Source: Candidatus Saccharimonadota bacterium
GTDB lineage: Bacteria; Bacteroidota; Bacteroidia; Flavobacteriales; Blattabacteriaceae
Assembly: GCF_014252315.1 (NCBI RefSeq)
Contig: NZ_CP059216.1
Span: 30,001 to 62,000 of the forward strand
Direction of reading: 5' to 3'
Length of the DNA: 32,000 nucleotides
Of the stretch, positions 9,717 through 19,105 are shown piece by piece. The notes under the pieces are model-generated. The model had not been told where the DNA came from. It did no database searches and saw only the letters and a list, made by a program, of their open reading frames with translations. The position numbers were made by a program, and so were the translations under genes. Each line of letters starts with the position of its first letter. Position 1 is the first letter of the stretch.

Positions 9717-12389
9717 ATGGAATATAAAATAATAAAAAATACATTTATTAACTTCTTTAAAAGAAAAAAACATGAAATTTTTCCTTCTTTTCCTATATAT
9801 TTAGAAAATGATTCTTCAAATTTATTTGTTAATTCAGGAATGAATCCATTTAAAGATTATTTTTTAGGATATAAAAAATCAAATTATACTAGAATTGTTA
9901 ACATACAAAAATGTCTTAGAGTTACTGGAAAACATAATGATTTTGAACAAGTAGGATATGATAATTATCATCATACAATGTTTGAAATGATGGGAAATTG
10001 GTCGTTTGGAGATTATTCTAGAGAAAAAGCTATAGAATGGGCCTGGGATTTATTAGTCAATGTTTATAATATACCAAAAAATGATATTTATGTAACTATT
10101 TTTATAGGAGATAAAAAAGATAAATTATCCTTAGACAAAGAAACATTAAAATTTTGGAATCTTTTAGTTCATAAAGATCATATTCTTTTCTTTGGAAAAG
10201 AACATAATTTTTGGGAAATGGGAGAACATGGTCCATGTGGTCCTTGTACAGAAATACATATAGATTTAAGAAATAATTTAGAAAAAAATGATATTAATGG
10301 AAAAAAATTAATAAATAAAAATCATCCAAAAGTAATAGAACTATGGAACATAGTTTTTATAGAATATACAAGAAATATAAATAATATATTAAAACCTCTT
10401 TCTATAAAACATGTAGATACAGGAATGGGTATAGAAAGATTATGTATGGTTTTACAAAAAAAAAATTCTAGTTATGAAACTGATATTTTTTATCCTATAA
10501 TATGTAACATAAAAGAACAAATAAATTTTAATAAAAATTTAAATAAAAATCAAAATATATCTGTACAAATAATAGCTGATCACTTAAGAGCTATTATATT
10601 TTCTATATTTGATGGTATTTGTCCATCAAATAATAAAGCTGGATATGTAATAAGAAAAATTTTAAGAAGAGCCTTTGTTCATGCTAATTTATTTTTAGGT
10701 ATAAAAGAATCCTTCATATATAAATTTGTTTTTCCTTTTATAGAAGGAATGAAAAAAAATTTTCCTGAATTAGAATGTAAAAAAAAATATATATATAATA
10801 TAATAAAATCAGAAGAAATTTCATTTATAAATATCATTAAAAGTGGAACTAAAAAGATATATAATATTATTAATAATGCTAAAAAAAATAATAAAAAAAT
10901 TATTAGTGGAGAAAAGATATTTAAATTATATGATACTTATGGATTTCCTATAGAAATATCAAAAATTATAATTAATAATAATAATCTATTGATAGATGAA
11001 AATACATTTCATAAAAAACTATTAGAACAAAAAGAAAAATCTAAAAAATATAATAATAAAGTTTTTATTAAAGATTCTTGGATTCAAGTCTATAATAATT
11101 ATGATGAGAATATATTTATAGGATATAATGATCTTAATTGTTTTTGTTATATTAAGAAATATAGAAAATCTATAAAAAATTCAACAAATTATTATTATGA
11201 ATTAGTTCTTACAAAAACACCTTTTTATCCTGAGGGTGGAGGACAAATTGGAGATACTGGTATTTTATCAAATAATGATGAAGAAATTCATATTATTGAT
11301 ACAAAAAAAGAAAATTCTAATATTATTCATATTACAAAAAAATTACCTAATAATATATATTCTTCTTTTAAATCTCATGTTAATAAAAATAGAAGAATAA
11401 ATATAGAAAAAAATCATACATCTACTCATTTATTAAATTTTGTTTTAAAAAAAATATTGAGTAATGATATAAAACAAAAAGGATCTTATGTATGTGATGA
11501 TTATCTAAGATTTGATTTTTCTTATAATAAAAAAATTGATAATGAAAAATTAATAGAAATAGAAAATTGTGTTCAAGAATTAATTTATAATAATCTTTCA
11601 TTAAAGGAAATAGAATTTTCCTCATTAAAAGAAGCTAAAAAATATAAAGATATTTTAATTATTAATCAACAAAAATATTTTAAAGAAAAGAAAATTCGTA
11701 TTGTTTCTTTTGGAGATTCTCATGAACTTTGTATTGGAACACATACAAAAAGTACTGGCCTAATACATTTATTTAAGATTATATCAGAAAGTTCTGTTTC
11801 ATATGGAATAAGAAGAATTAAGGCTGTTACATCAAAACATGCTATACAGTTTATAAATAAAATTTATTATGAATATAATGATTTAAAAAGATATTTGAAT
11901 TATTATAAAAATCCTATAATAAAAAAAATTATAGATATAAAAAATAAATATATAGATGCTAAAAAAGAGATATCTAAATTTTATTCATCTAAAATAGATG
12001 ATATAAAAAATAATTATATAAAAAAAATAAAAAAATTAAATTATATAAAATATGTGTGTGAATTTTATACTGATTCAACATATGTTCAATATTTGAATCA
12101 GGAAATAATAAAAAAAATTGGAATAGATTTAATTAAAATATATTCTAATTTTTTTATGTTTACTGGATTTATAAAAAAAGATAAATATTTCATATTTATA
12201 TTTATTACAAATGATATAATTCAAAATAAAAATGTTAATGCTCATAAAATAATGGATGAAATAACAGATAAAAAATGTTCCAAATTATGGGGAAATAAAA
12301 ATTTTTCTATGGCTATTGGAAATAATTTATATGAAACAAATATTTTTTTATTAAAAATAAAAAAATATATAAAAAATATATTTTCATGA
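9717..12389 (+). CDS. alaS: Alanine--tRNA ligase
   Basis: Class II core NSGMNPFKDYFLG and HHTMFEMMGNWSFGDY. Editing-domain metal motifs HTSTHLL (HxxxH) and CIGTH. Length is 890 aa. Confidence 0.97.
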   Translation: MEYKIIKNTFINFFKRKKHEIFPSFPIYLENDSSNLFVNSGMNPFKDYFLGYKKSNYTRIVNIQKCLRVTGKHNDFEQVGYDNYHHTMFEMMGNWSFGDYSREKAIEWAWDLLVNVYNIPKNDIYVTIFIGDKKDKLSLDKETLKFWNLLVHKDHILFFGKEHNFWEMGEHGPCGPCTEIHIDLRNNLEKNDINGKKLINKNHPKVIELWNIVFIEYTRNINNILKPLSIKHVDTGMGIERLCMVLQKKNSSYETDIFYPIICNIKEQINFNKNLNKNQNISVQIIADHLRAIIFSIFDGICPSNNKAGYVIRKILRRAFVHANLFLGIKESFIYKFVFPFIEGMKKNFPELECKKKYIYNIIKSEEISFINIIKSGTKKIYNIINNAKKNNKKIISGEKIFKLYDTYGFPIEISKIIINNNNLLIDENTFHKKLLEQKEKSKKYNNKVFIKDSWIQVYNNYDENIFIGYNDLNCFCYIKKYRKSIKNSTNYYYELVLTKTPFYPEGGGQIGDTGILSNNDEEIHIIDTKKENSNIIHITKKLPNNIYSSFKSHVNKNRRINIEKNHTSTHLLNFVLKKILSNDIKQKGSYVCDDYLRFDFSYNKKIDNEKLIEIENCVQELIYNNLSLKEIEFSSLKEAKKYKDILIINQQKYFKEKKIRIVSFGDSHELCIGTHTKSTGLIHLFKIISESSVSYGIRRIKAVTSKHAIQFINKIYYEYNDLKRYLNYYKNPIIKKIIDIKNKYIDAKKEISKFYSSKIDDIKNNYIKKIKKLNYIKYVCEFYTDSTYVQYLNQEIIKKIGIDLIKIYSNFFMFTGFIKKDKYFIFIFITNDIIQNKNVNAHKIMDEITDKKCSKLWGNKNFSMAIGNNLYETNIFLLKIKKYIKNIFS

Positions 12390-12434
12390 TTATAAAGAAT
12401 TATGTACTAACTATTTAAATTTGAATTATAAAAT

Positions 12435-15167
12435 ATGAATGAAAATTTTTCTTTTTTGAACGATATTCATTTTGTAGAATATTTATATAAAAAATATAAA
12501 AAAAATCAAAATTTAGTAGAATTAAGTTGGATAAACTTTTTCAAAGGATTTGATTTTGGAAAAAAAGTTTACAGTAAAAATAGAAATAATGAAAAAAAAT
12601 GTATTGATTCAATAATACAAAAAGAAATTTCTGTATTTAATTTAATTCAATTCTATAAAAACTATGGGCATTTACTCGCAAATACAAATCCATTAATATC
12701 CAATAAAAAAAATCAAAATTTTATATTAAAAAAATTTGGATTATCTAATAAAGATTTAGAAAAAACTTTTTTAGTAGGAAAATTAATAAATGATAAAAAA
12801 AATTTATTAAAAGACATAATAATTTTTTTAGAAAATACTTTTTGTAAGTCTATTGGAATAGAGTATACATATATATCAGATTATGTTAAAACAAACTGGA
12901 TAGAAACTCATTTAAAAAAAATGAATTCTAAATCTTTTTCTATAAATGAAAAAAGATTTTTTTTAAAAAAATTAAATCATGCTGTTATATTTGAAAAATA
13001 TATTCATAATAAATTTATAGGACAAAAAAGATTTTCTTTAGAAGGAAATGAATCTATTTTACCTATGTTAGAATATATGATAGAATATTCTTGTAATAAT
13101 TATTACACTAGAGAATTTATAATAGGTATGGCTCATAGAGGCCGTTTAAATATATTATCGAATTTATTACAAAAAGAATTTCATCATATATTTAATGAAT
13201 TTTATGGAAAAAAATATATAGATACATTATTTTCTGGTGATGTTAAATATCATTTAGGATATCATTATACAAAAAAAAATCATAATGTAAATAAAAATAT
13301 TGATATATATCTACTTCCAAATCCTTCTCATTTAGAATCTATTACTCCAATATTAGAAGGAGTAACACGTGCAAAAATAGATATTTTTCATAATAAAGAA
13401 ATAAATAAGGTTATTCCCATACTTATTCATGGTGATGCATCTATATCTGGTCAAGGAATTATATATGAAGTTTTACAATTATCTAAATTAGAAGGGTATA
13501 AAACAGGTGGAACAATTCATATAATAATTAATAATCAAATAGGATTTACTACAAATAGTGTTGAAGGTCGTTCTAGTTATTATTGTACAGATATTGCAAA
13601 AATTGTTTCTTCTCCTGTTTTACATGTTAATGCTGATGATATAGAATCTGTTGTAAAATCAATTTGTTTTGCTATAGATTTTAGAATGAAATATAAAGAA
13701 GATATTTTTATAGATTTAATAGGGTACAGAAGACATGGACACAATGAAGGAGATGATCCAAGGTTTACACAACCAATTATGTATAATAAAATATCTTCTC
13801 ATCCAAATTCATATTGTATATACAAAAATATATTAAAAAAAGATAATATTATAGATAATATTTATTTAAAATCTATAGAGGAAAAATATATTAATTTACT
13901 TAATAAAGAATATGAAAAATCAAAATATATTAAATGTAATATTTTAAATTCTTTTTTAAAAAAAGAATGGATAGATTATCCAATCATTTTTGAAAAAAAA
14001 TTGATGTTAAAAAATGTAAATACAAAATTTTCTAAAGAAAAAATAATAGAAATATCAAAAAAAATATTTACTCTTCCTAAAGAAAAAATTTTTTTTAAAA
14101 AAATAAAATCTTTGTTTAAAAAAAGATTAACAATGATTGAAAATAATTTGATAGATTGGAGTATGGCAGAATTATTATCTTATGGAACTCTATTATATGA
14201 AGGTTTTTCTATTAGAATTTCAGGAGAAGATATAGCAAGAGGAACATTTTCTCAACGTCATATTATTGTAAAAACAGAAGAAGAAGAAAATATAATTATA
14301 TTAAATTCTTTAGAAAAAAAACAAGGAAAAATTGAAGTATATAATTCTCCACTTTCAGAATATGGAGTATTAGGTTTTGACTATGGTTATGGAATGATTT
14401 CTCCTAATACTTTAACTTTATGGGAAGCACAATTTGGAGATTTTAGTAATGGAGCTCAAATAATAATAGATCAATATATAGTTTCTGGAGAAACTAAATG
14501 GAAAATACAAAATGGAATTGTATTACTATTACCTCATGGATATGAAGGCCAAGGTCCTGAACATTCATCTGCTAGAATAGAAAGATATATACAACTTTGT
14601 GCTAATAATAATATTTTTTTGGCAAATTGTACTTTTCCAGCAAATTTTTATCATTTATTAAGAAGACAAATGAAATTAAAATTTCGAAAACCTTTAATAG
14701 TATTTACTCCAAAAAGTCTACTTAGAAATGAAAAATGCATGTCATCTATAGATGATTTATCTGAAGGATCTTTTATAGATATTGTTGATGATAATCTAAT
14801 ATCAAATAAAAATGAAATAAAAAGGTTAATATTATGTTCTGGAAAAATATATTATGATTTACTTGATAAAAAAAAATATATTAAAAATTATACAATAGCG
14901 ATAATAAGAATAGAACAAATATATCCATTAAATATAGAAAAAATAAAAAATATCATAAATAAATATAATAAAAAAACAGAAGTAGTTTGGGTTCAAGAAG
15001 AACCAAAAAATATGGGATTATGGAAATATATATTGAATAATATGAAAAATATTATAGATATTGATGTAATTTCTCCATGTGAAAATTCTAGTCCTTCTGT
15101 TGGTTCTTATAGTAATTTTTTCGAAATTCAAAATGAAATATTAGAAAAAGCTTTTATTTTTAAATAA
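12435..15167 (+). CDS. sucA: 2-oxoglutarate dehydrogenase E1 component
   Basis: GMAHRGRLN, IHGDASISGQG and GYRRHGHNEGDDP. Length is 910 aa. The E2 gene follows directly. Confidence 0.97.
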   Translation: MNENFSFLNDIHFVEYLYKKYKKNQNLVELSWINFFKGFDFGKKVYSKNRNNEKKCIDSIIQKEISVFNLIQFYKNYGHLLANTNPLISNKKNQNFILKKFGLSNKDLEKTFLVGKLINDKKNLLKDIIIFLENTFCKSIGIEYTYISDYVKTNWIETHLKKMNSKSFSINEKRFFLKKLNHAVIFEKYIHNKFIGQKRFSLEGNESILPMLEYMIEYSCNNYYTREFIIGMAHRGRLNILSNLLQKEFHHIFNEFYGKKYIDTLFSGDVKYHLGYHYTKKNHNVNKNIDIYLLPNPSHLESITPILEGVTRAKIDIFHNKEINKVIPILIHGDASISGQGIIYEVLQLSKLEGYKTGGTIHIIINNQIGFTTNSVEGRSSYYCTDIAKIVSSPVLHVNADDIESVVKSICFAIDFRMKYKEDIFIDLIGYRRHGHNEGDDPRFTQPIMYNKISSHPNSYCIYKNILKKDNIIDNIYLKSIEEKYINLLNKEYEKSKYIKCNILNSFLKKEWIDYPIIFEKKLMLKNVNTKFSKEKIIEISKKIFTLPKEKIFFKKIKSLFKKRLTMIENNLIDWSMAELLSYGTLLYEGFSIRISGEDIARGTFSQRHIIVKTEEEENIIILNSLEKKQGKIEVYNSPLSEYGVLGFDYGYGMISPNTLTLWEAQFGDFSNGAQIIIDQYIVSGETKWKIQNGIVLLLPHGYEGQGPEHSSARIERYIQLCANNNIFLANCTFPANFYHLLRRQMKLKFRKPLIVFTPKSLLRNEKCMSSIDDLSEGSFIDIVDDNLISNKNEIKRLILCSGKIYYDLLDKKKYIKNYTIAIIRIEQIYPLNIEKIKNIINKYNKKTEVVWVQEEPKNMGLWKYILNNMKNIIDIDVISPCENSSPSVGSYSNFFEIQNEILEKAFIFK

Positions 15168-15184
15168 TTAAAACTTTAGTATTT

Positions 15185-16378
15185 ATGATAACAGAAATAA
15201 AAATCCCTTCTCCTGGAGAATCTATATTAGAAGTAGAAATATCTTCTATTTTAGTTAAAAATGGAGATTATGTAAATAAAGGACAAATTATTGCTGAAAT
15301 AGATTCAGATAAAGCTACATTGGAAATATCTTCAGAAGAAGAAGGAATAATAAAATTATTAGTAAAAGAAGGTGACAAGGTTAATGTTGGAGATACTTTT
15401 TGTATAATTAAACATTATAATAATATAAAAAAAATTATTAGAAAAGAAAAAAACAAAAAAGAAAAAAAAAATAATAAAATATTTGCTTCTCCATCTGCAA
15501 AAAAAATTATAAGAGAAAAAAGTATTTCTGTAGAAAAAATAAAAGGAACAGGTAAAAATGGAATGATTACAAAAAAAGATTGTATAAAACATTATATAGA
15601 AAAAAATGATATAAAAAATCAATATTCAGAATATTATGATAAAAAAGAAGAAAGAAAAGAAATTATAATTCCTTTATCTTCGTTAAGAAGGAAACTTTCT
15701 GAAAGATTAGTTTCTATAAAAAATAAAACAGCAATGTTAACTACTTTTAATGAAGTTAACATGAAAGAAGTAATTTTATTAAGAAACAAATACAAAGAAA
15801 TTTTTAAAAAAAAACATGGAATTAAATTAGGATTTATGTCTTTTTTTACTACTGCATGTGTTAAGTCTTTAAAAAAATATCCAGATGTAAATTCTATAAT
15901 ATATAACGAAAAAAAAATAAGTTATAATTATGTAGATATTAGTATAGCAATATCTGGACCAAAAGGACTTATGGTTCCAGTAATAAAAAATGCTAATAAA
16001 TTATTATCCTTTGATAAAATAGAAAAAGAAATAAATAGATTATCCAATAAAGTACATAATGGAACTATTTCTATCGAAGATATGAAAGGAGGAACATTTA
16101 CCATAACAAATGGCGGTATATTTGGATCAATGCTTTCCACTCCAATTATAAATCCTCCACAAAGTGCTATTTTAGGTATGCATAAAATTACAGAAAGACC
16201 TACTGTAGTTAATAATTCTATTAAAATATGTCCTATAATGTATTTAGCATTATCTTATGATCATAGAATAATAGATGGAAAAGAATCTGTAGGATTTTTA
16301 TCTTATATAAAAAATTTAATAGAAAATCCTATAAAATTATTAATGGAAAATAATGTATTGAAAATACTAAATTTATAA
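15185..16378 (+). CDS. sucB: Dihydrolipoyllysine-residue succinyltransferase (2-oxoglutarate dehydrogenase E2)
   Basis: The product has a lipoyl domain with EIDSDKATLEI and an E3-binding segment (ASPSAKKIIREK). It also has the catalytic SYDHRIIDGKE (DHRxxDG). Confidence 0.96.
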   Translation: MITEIKIPSPGESILEVEISSILVKNGDYVNKGQIIAEIDSDKATLEISSEEEGIIKLLVKEGDKVNVGDTFCIIKHYNNIKKIIRKEKNKKEKKNNKIFASPSAKKIIREKSISVEKIKGTGKNGMITKKDCIKHYIEKNDIKNQYSEYYDKKEERKEIIIPLSSLRRKLSERLVSIKNKTAMLTTFNEVNMKEVILLRNKYKEIFKKKHGIKLGFMSFFTTACVKSLKKYPDVNSIIYNEKKISYNYVDISIAISGPKGLMVPVIKNANKLLSFDKIEKEINRLSNKVHNGTISIEDMKGGTFTITNGGIFGSMLSTPIINPPQSAILGMHKITERPTVVNNSIKICPIMYLALSYDHRIIDGKESVGFLSYIKNLIENPIKLLMENNVLKILNL

Positions 16379-16930
16379 TTTTTTTCTAAAAAAAGTATTT
16401 TGAATATTACTTGTATTTATTTTTTTTATTTGTTTTTTTATAATTTGTATTTGATTTTGTAATATTCCAGATACATCCATTTTTTTTGCTTCAGATAAAA
16501 GATTTTCCGCTTGTTTTTTATCTCCTTTTGATAATGATATAATTGCTAAATTTAATTTAGCAATAGCTATATTTTGTTTAAATTTTAATCCACAATATAA
16601 TGCTTTTTTCATATAAAATTCCGATTTATTCATATTTTTTTCTAAAAAAAGAATTCCATTTAAAAAATAAAAATAAGCTATTTGTTGTTTAATAAGTTGT
16701 AATTTAGGGTTTTTAATATATCCTAAATATTTTTTAAGCCCTTTCATATCTTTTTTACCAACTTTAATAATTGCTATTAATAAAAATTCATTTCTAAATA
16801 TAAAAAAAATAGTAATTAAACTAATTAATATAGATATTGTTCCTAGAAAATAATTTTTTTTAATAAAAAATAAGAATATAGATAATAAAAATAATATAAT
16901 AAATATTATTAATTTTATACGTATACTCAT
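16373..16930 (-). CDS. Hypothetical membrane protein with a TPR-like C-terminal region
   Basis: The ORF encodes 185 aa with two N-terminal TM helices followed by helical-repeat-like sequence (AYFYFLNGILFLEKN...AIAKLNLAIISLSKGDKKQAENLL). It lies 1 nt downstream of the esterase gene on the same strand. Confidence 0.5.
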   Translation of the reverse strand: MSIRIKLIIFIILFLLSIFLFFIKKNYFLGTISILISLITIFFIFRNEFLLIAIIKVGKKDMKGLKKYLGYIKNPKLQLIKQQIAYFYFLNGILFLEKNMNKSEFYMKKALYCGLKFKQNIAIAKLNLAIISLSKGDKKQAENLLSEAKKMDVSGILQNQIQIIKKQIKKINTSNIQNTFFRKKL

Positions 16931-16931
16931 A

Positions 16932-17594
16932 TTATTTACTTTTAATCCAATTTATTAAATCTATATAATTAGAATCATTTATATTGTGTTCAGAATCATA
17001 TTCTTTGTAAAAAATTGAAAATAATTTTTCATTATTTAATAATTTAATACTTTTTCTAACCCATTCAACTGGAATAATATTATCATATTTTCCATGAGAA
17101 ATAAAAAAATTTATTTTACGAGAAAATATATTATTTATTTCATATATTTTTTTAGGTAGAATTTCTTCATCCAAATATCCACTTAAAGAAAGTACATTTT
17201 TTACTTTATTATTTTTTAAAGCTATTGCATAACTTAATATAGCTCCTTGACTAAATCCACATAACCAAACTTTATCTTTTTTTAGATTATATTTTTTAAT
17301 TGAATAATTAATAAAATGTGATATATTATTAATAGAATTTTTAGCTTGTTTTTTATTAATAAATTTTTTATCATTTGAAAAATCTATATTATACCAATAA
17401 TATTTATCTTCATCCATTCTATAAATACCACGTATACTAATTACAAATAAATTTTCTGGTATATCTTTTTCAAAAGAAAAAAGATTTTTTTCATTACTTC
17501 CATATCCATGAATCATTAAAAACAACGATTGATATTTTATACTTTTATTATTTTTTCTTATAATATATTTAATAGAACAATTTTCTTTTAACAT
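16932..17594 (-). CDS. Alpha/beta hydrolase, phospholipase/carboxylesterase family
   Basis: Nucleophile elbow GFSQGA. Candidate catalytic Asp (HGKYDNIIP) and His (DSEHNI) appear in the expected order. Confidence 0.75.
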   Translation of the reverse strand: MLKENCSIKYIIRKNNKSIKYQSLFLMIHGYGSNEKNLFSFEKDIPENLFVISIRGIYRMDEDKYYWYNIDFSNDKKFINKKQAKNSINNISHFINYSIKKYNLKKDKVWLCGFSQGAILSYAIALKNNKVKNVLSLSGYLDEEILPKKIYEINNIFSRKINFFISHGKYDNIIPVEWVRKSIKLLNNEKLFSIFYKEYDSEHNINDSNYIDLINWIKSK

Positions 17595-17896
17595 TATTAG
17601 TATATTAATTTAGTATTTATATTTATATATTTATTTAAATATAATCTTAATTTTTACTTTGTTACTTAGATTATATTATATATTTTTTTATTTTACTTAT
17701 TTATTTATGCATGTATGATGAAATTATGAATGATAATAAAATAAAAATAAATTTTTTGTATTATAAAATATTAAATTTTTATTTAATTATATCCAATTTT
17801 ATATTTATTTATCATAATTTTTAATTTAATAGTAATAATTCAAATATATAATTTTAGCTTAAATTTACTAATTAAATAAAAAAATTGAAAAAATAA

Positions 17897-19105
17897 ATGA
17901 ATTTGTATGAATACCAAGGAATAAAAATATTAAAATATTTTTCTATTCATGTACCTGAAGGTATAATTGCAACTTCTCCAGAAGAATCTGTTAAAGCAGC
18001 AAAAATATTATTTAAAAAAACAAACAAAAAATCTTTAGTAATAAAAGCTCAAATTCATGCAGGAGGAAGAGGAAAATCAGGAGGTATTCAATTGATAAAA
18101 AGTTTAGATGAAGCATATGAAGTATCTAAAAATATTTTGGGAAAATATTTAATTACACCTCAAACTTCAAAAAAAGGAATACTAGTAAAAAAAATATTGA
18201 TATCAGAAGATGTATATTATAATAATAATCCAAAAGAATATTATATATCCATTTCATTAAATAGAAACATAGGAAAAAATGTTATTATTTATTCTCAAGA
18301 AGGAGGAATTAATATAGAAGATTTATCAAAAAATAATCCAAAAAAAATACAATTAGAAGAAATAGATCCTATTTTAGGATTACAATTTTTTCAAGTAAGA
18401 AAAATAGGATTTAATTTGGGAATAAATGAAAAAACATCAATGAGTTTATTTAAAAATTTTTTATTTTCTTTAAATAAAGCTTATAATTTTTACGATATAT
18501 TATTATTAGAAATAAATCCATTTATAAAAACACATAATAACAAAATTATACCTATAGATGTTAAAATTACATTAGATAAAAATGCAGATTTTCGTAGAAA
18601 AAAAAATTTTTTTTTAGTTGATGTTAGTAATGATAATAATAAAGAAAATAAAGATAATAATTCATTTTTTCATAAAGAAAATCAAATAAATTTTATAAAA
18701 TTAGATGGAAATGTAGGGTGTATGGTTAATGGAGCTGGATTAGCTATGGCTACTATGGATATGATAAAATCTTGTGGAGGACATCCTGCTAATTTTTTGG
18801 ATATAGGAGGATCCGCAGATAAAAAAAGAGTAAATAAATCTTTTTCTTTAATATTAAATGATTATTCCGTTAAAATTATATTGATAAATATATTTGGTGG
18901 AATAGTTCGTTGTGATATAGTAGCTAAAGGAATAATAGAATCATATTTTAAAATAAATAAAAGTATAAATATTCCATTAATTGTTCGTTTACAAGGAACA
19001 AATGAAAAATTTGCAAGAAAAATTTTACAAAGTAGTAAATTACCTATTCATTATGTTAATACATTAAAAGATGCATCTGATATGATAAAAAAAATTCTAT
19101 TATGA
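17897..19105 (+). CDS. sucC: Succinate--CoA ligase (ADP-forming) beta subunit
   Basis: MNLYEYQGIKIL, GCMVNGAGLAMATMD, NFLDIGGSA and NIFGGIVRCD. No sucD follows; the next gene is dnaX-like and starts in an ATGA overlap. Confidence 0.95.
   Translation: MNLYEYQGIKILKYFSIHVPEGIIATSPEESVKAAKILFKKTNKKSLVIKAQIHAGGRGKSGGIQLIKSLDEAYEVSKNILGKYLITPQTSKKGILVKKILISEDVYYNNNPKEYYISISLNRNIGKNVIIYSQEGGINIEDLSKNNPKKIQLEEIDPILGLQFFQVRKIGFNLGINEKTSMSLFKNFLFSLNKAYNFYDILLLEINPFIKTHNNKIIPIDVKITLDKNADFRRKKNFFLVDVSNDNNKENKDNNSFFHKENQINFIKLDGNVGCMVNGAGLAMATMDMIKSCGGHPANFLDIGGSADKKRVNKSFSLILNDYSVKIILINIFGGIVRCDIVAKGIIESYFKINKSINIPLIVRLQGTNEKFARKILQSSKLPIHYVNTLKDASDMIKKILL

Noticed and set aside
17726-17824. A 32-codon ORF (MNDNKIKINFLYYKILNFYLIISNFIFIYHNF) in the 302-nt spacer upstream of sucC.
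   Set aside because: It has no ribosome-binding context, no conservation information and no motif. An ORF of this size is expected by chance, so I did not report it as a feature.
17595-17896. An origin of replication or DnaA boxes in the two long spacers. TATATCC-containing strings occur near 17790 and near 20775.
   Set aside because: Neither spacer has a match to the TTATCCACA consensus or a cluster of boxes. A shared 7-mer is not significant in sequence this AT-rich. Whole-genome skew analysis would be needed.
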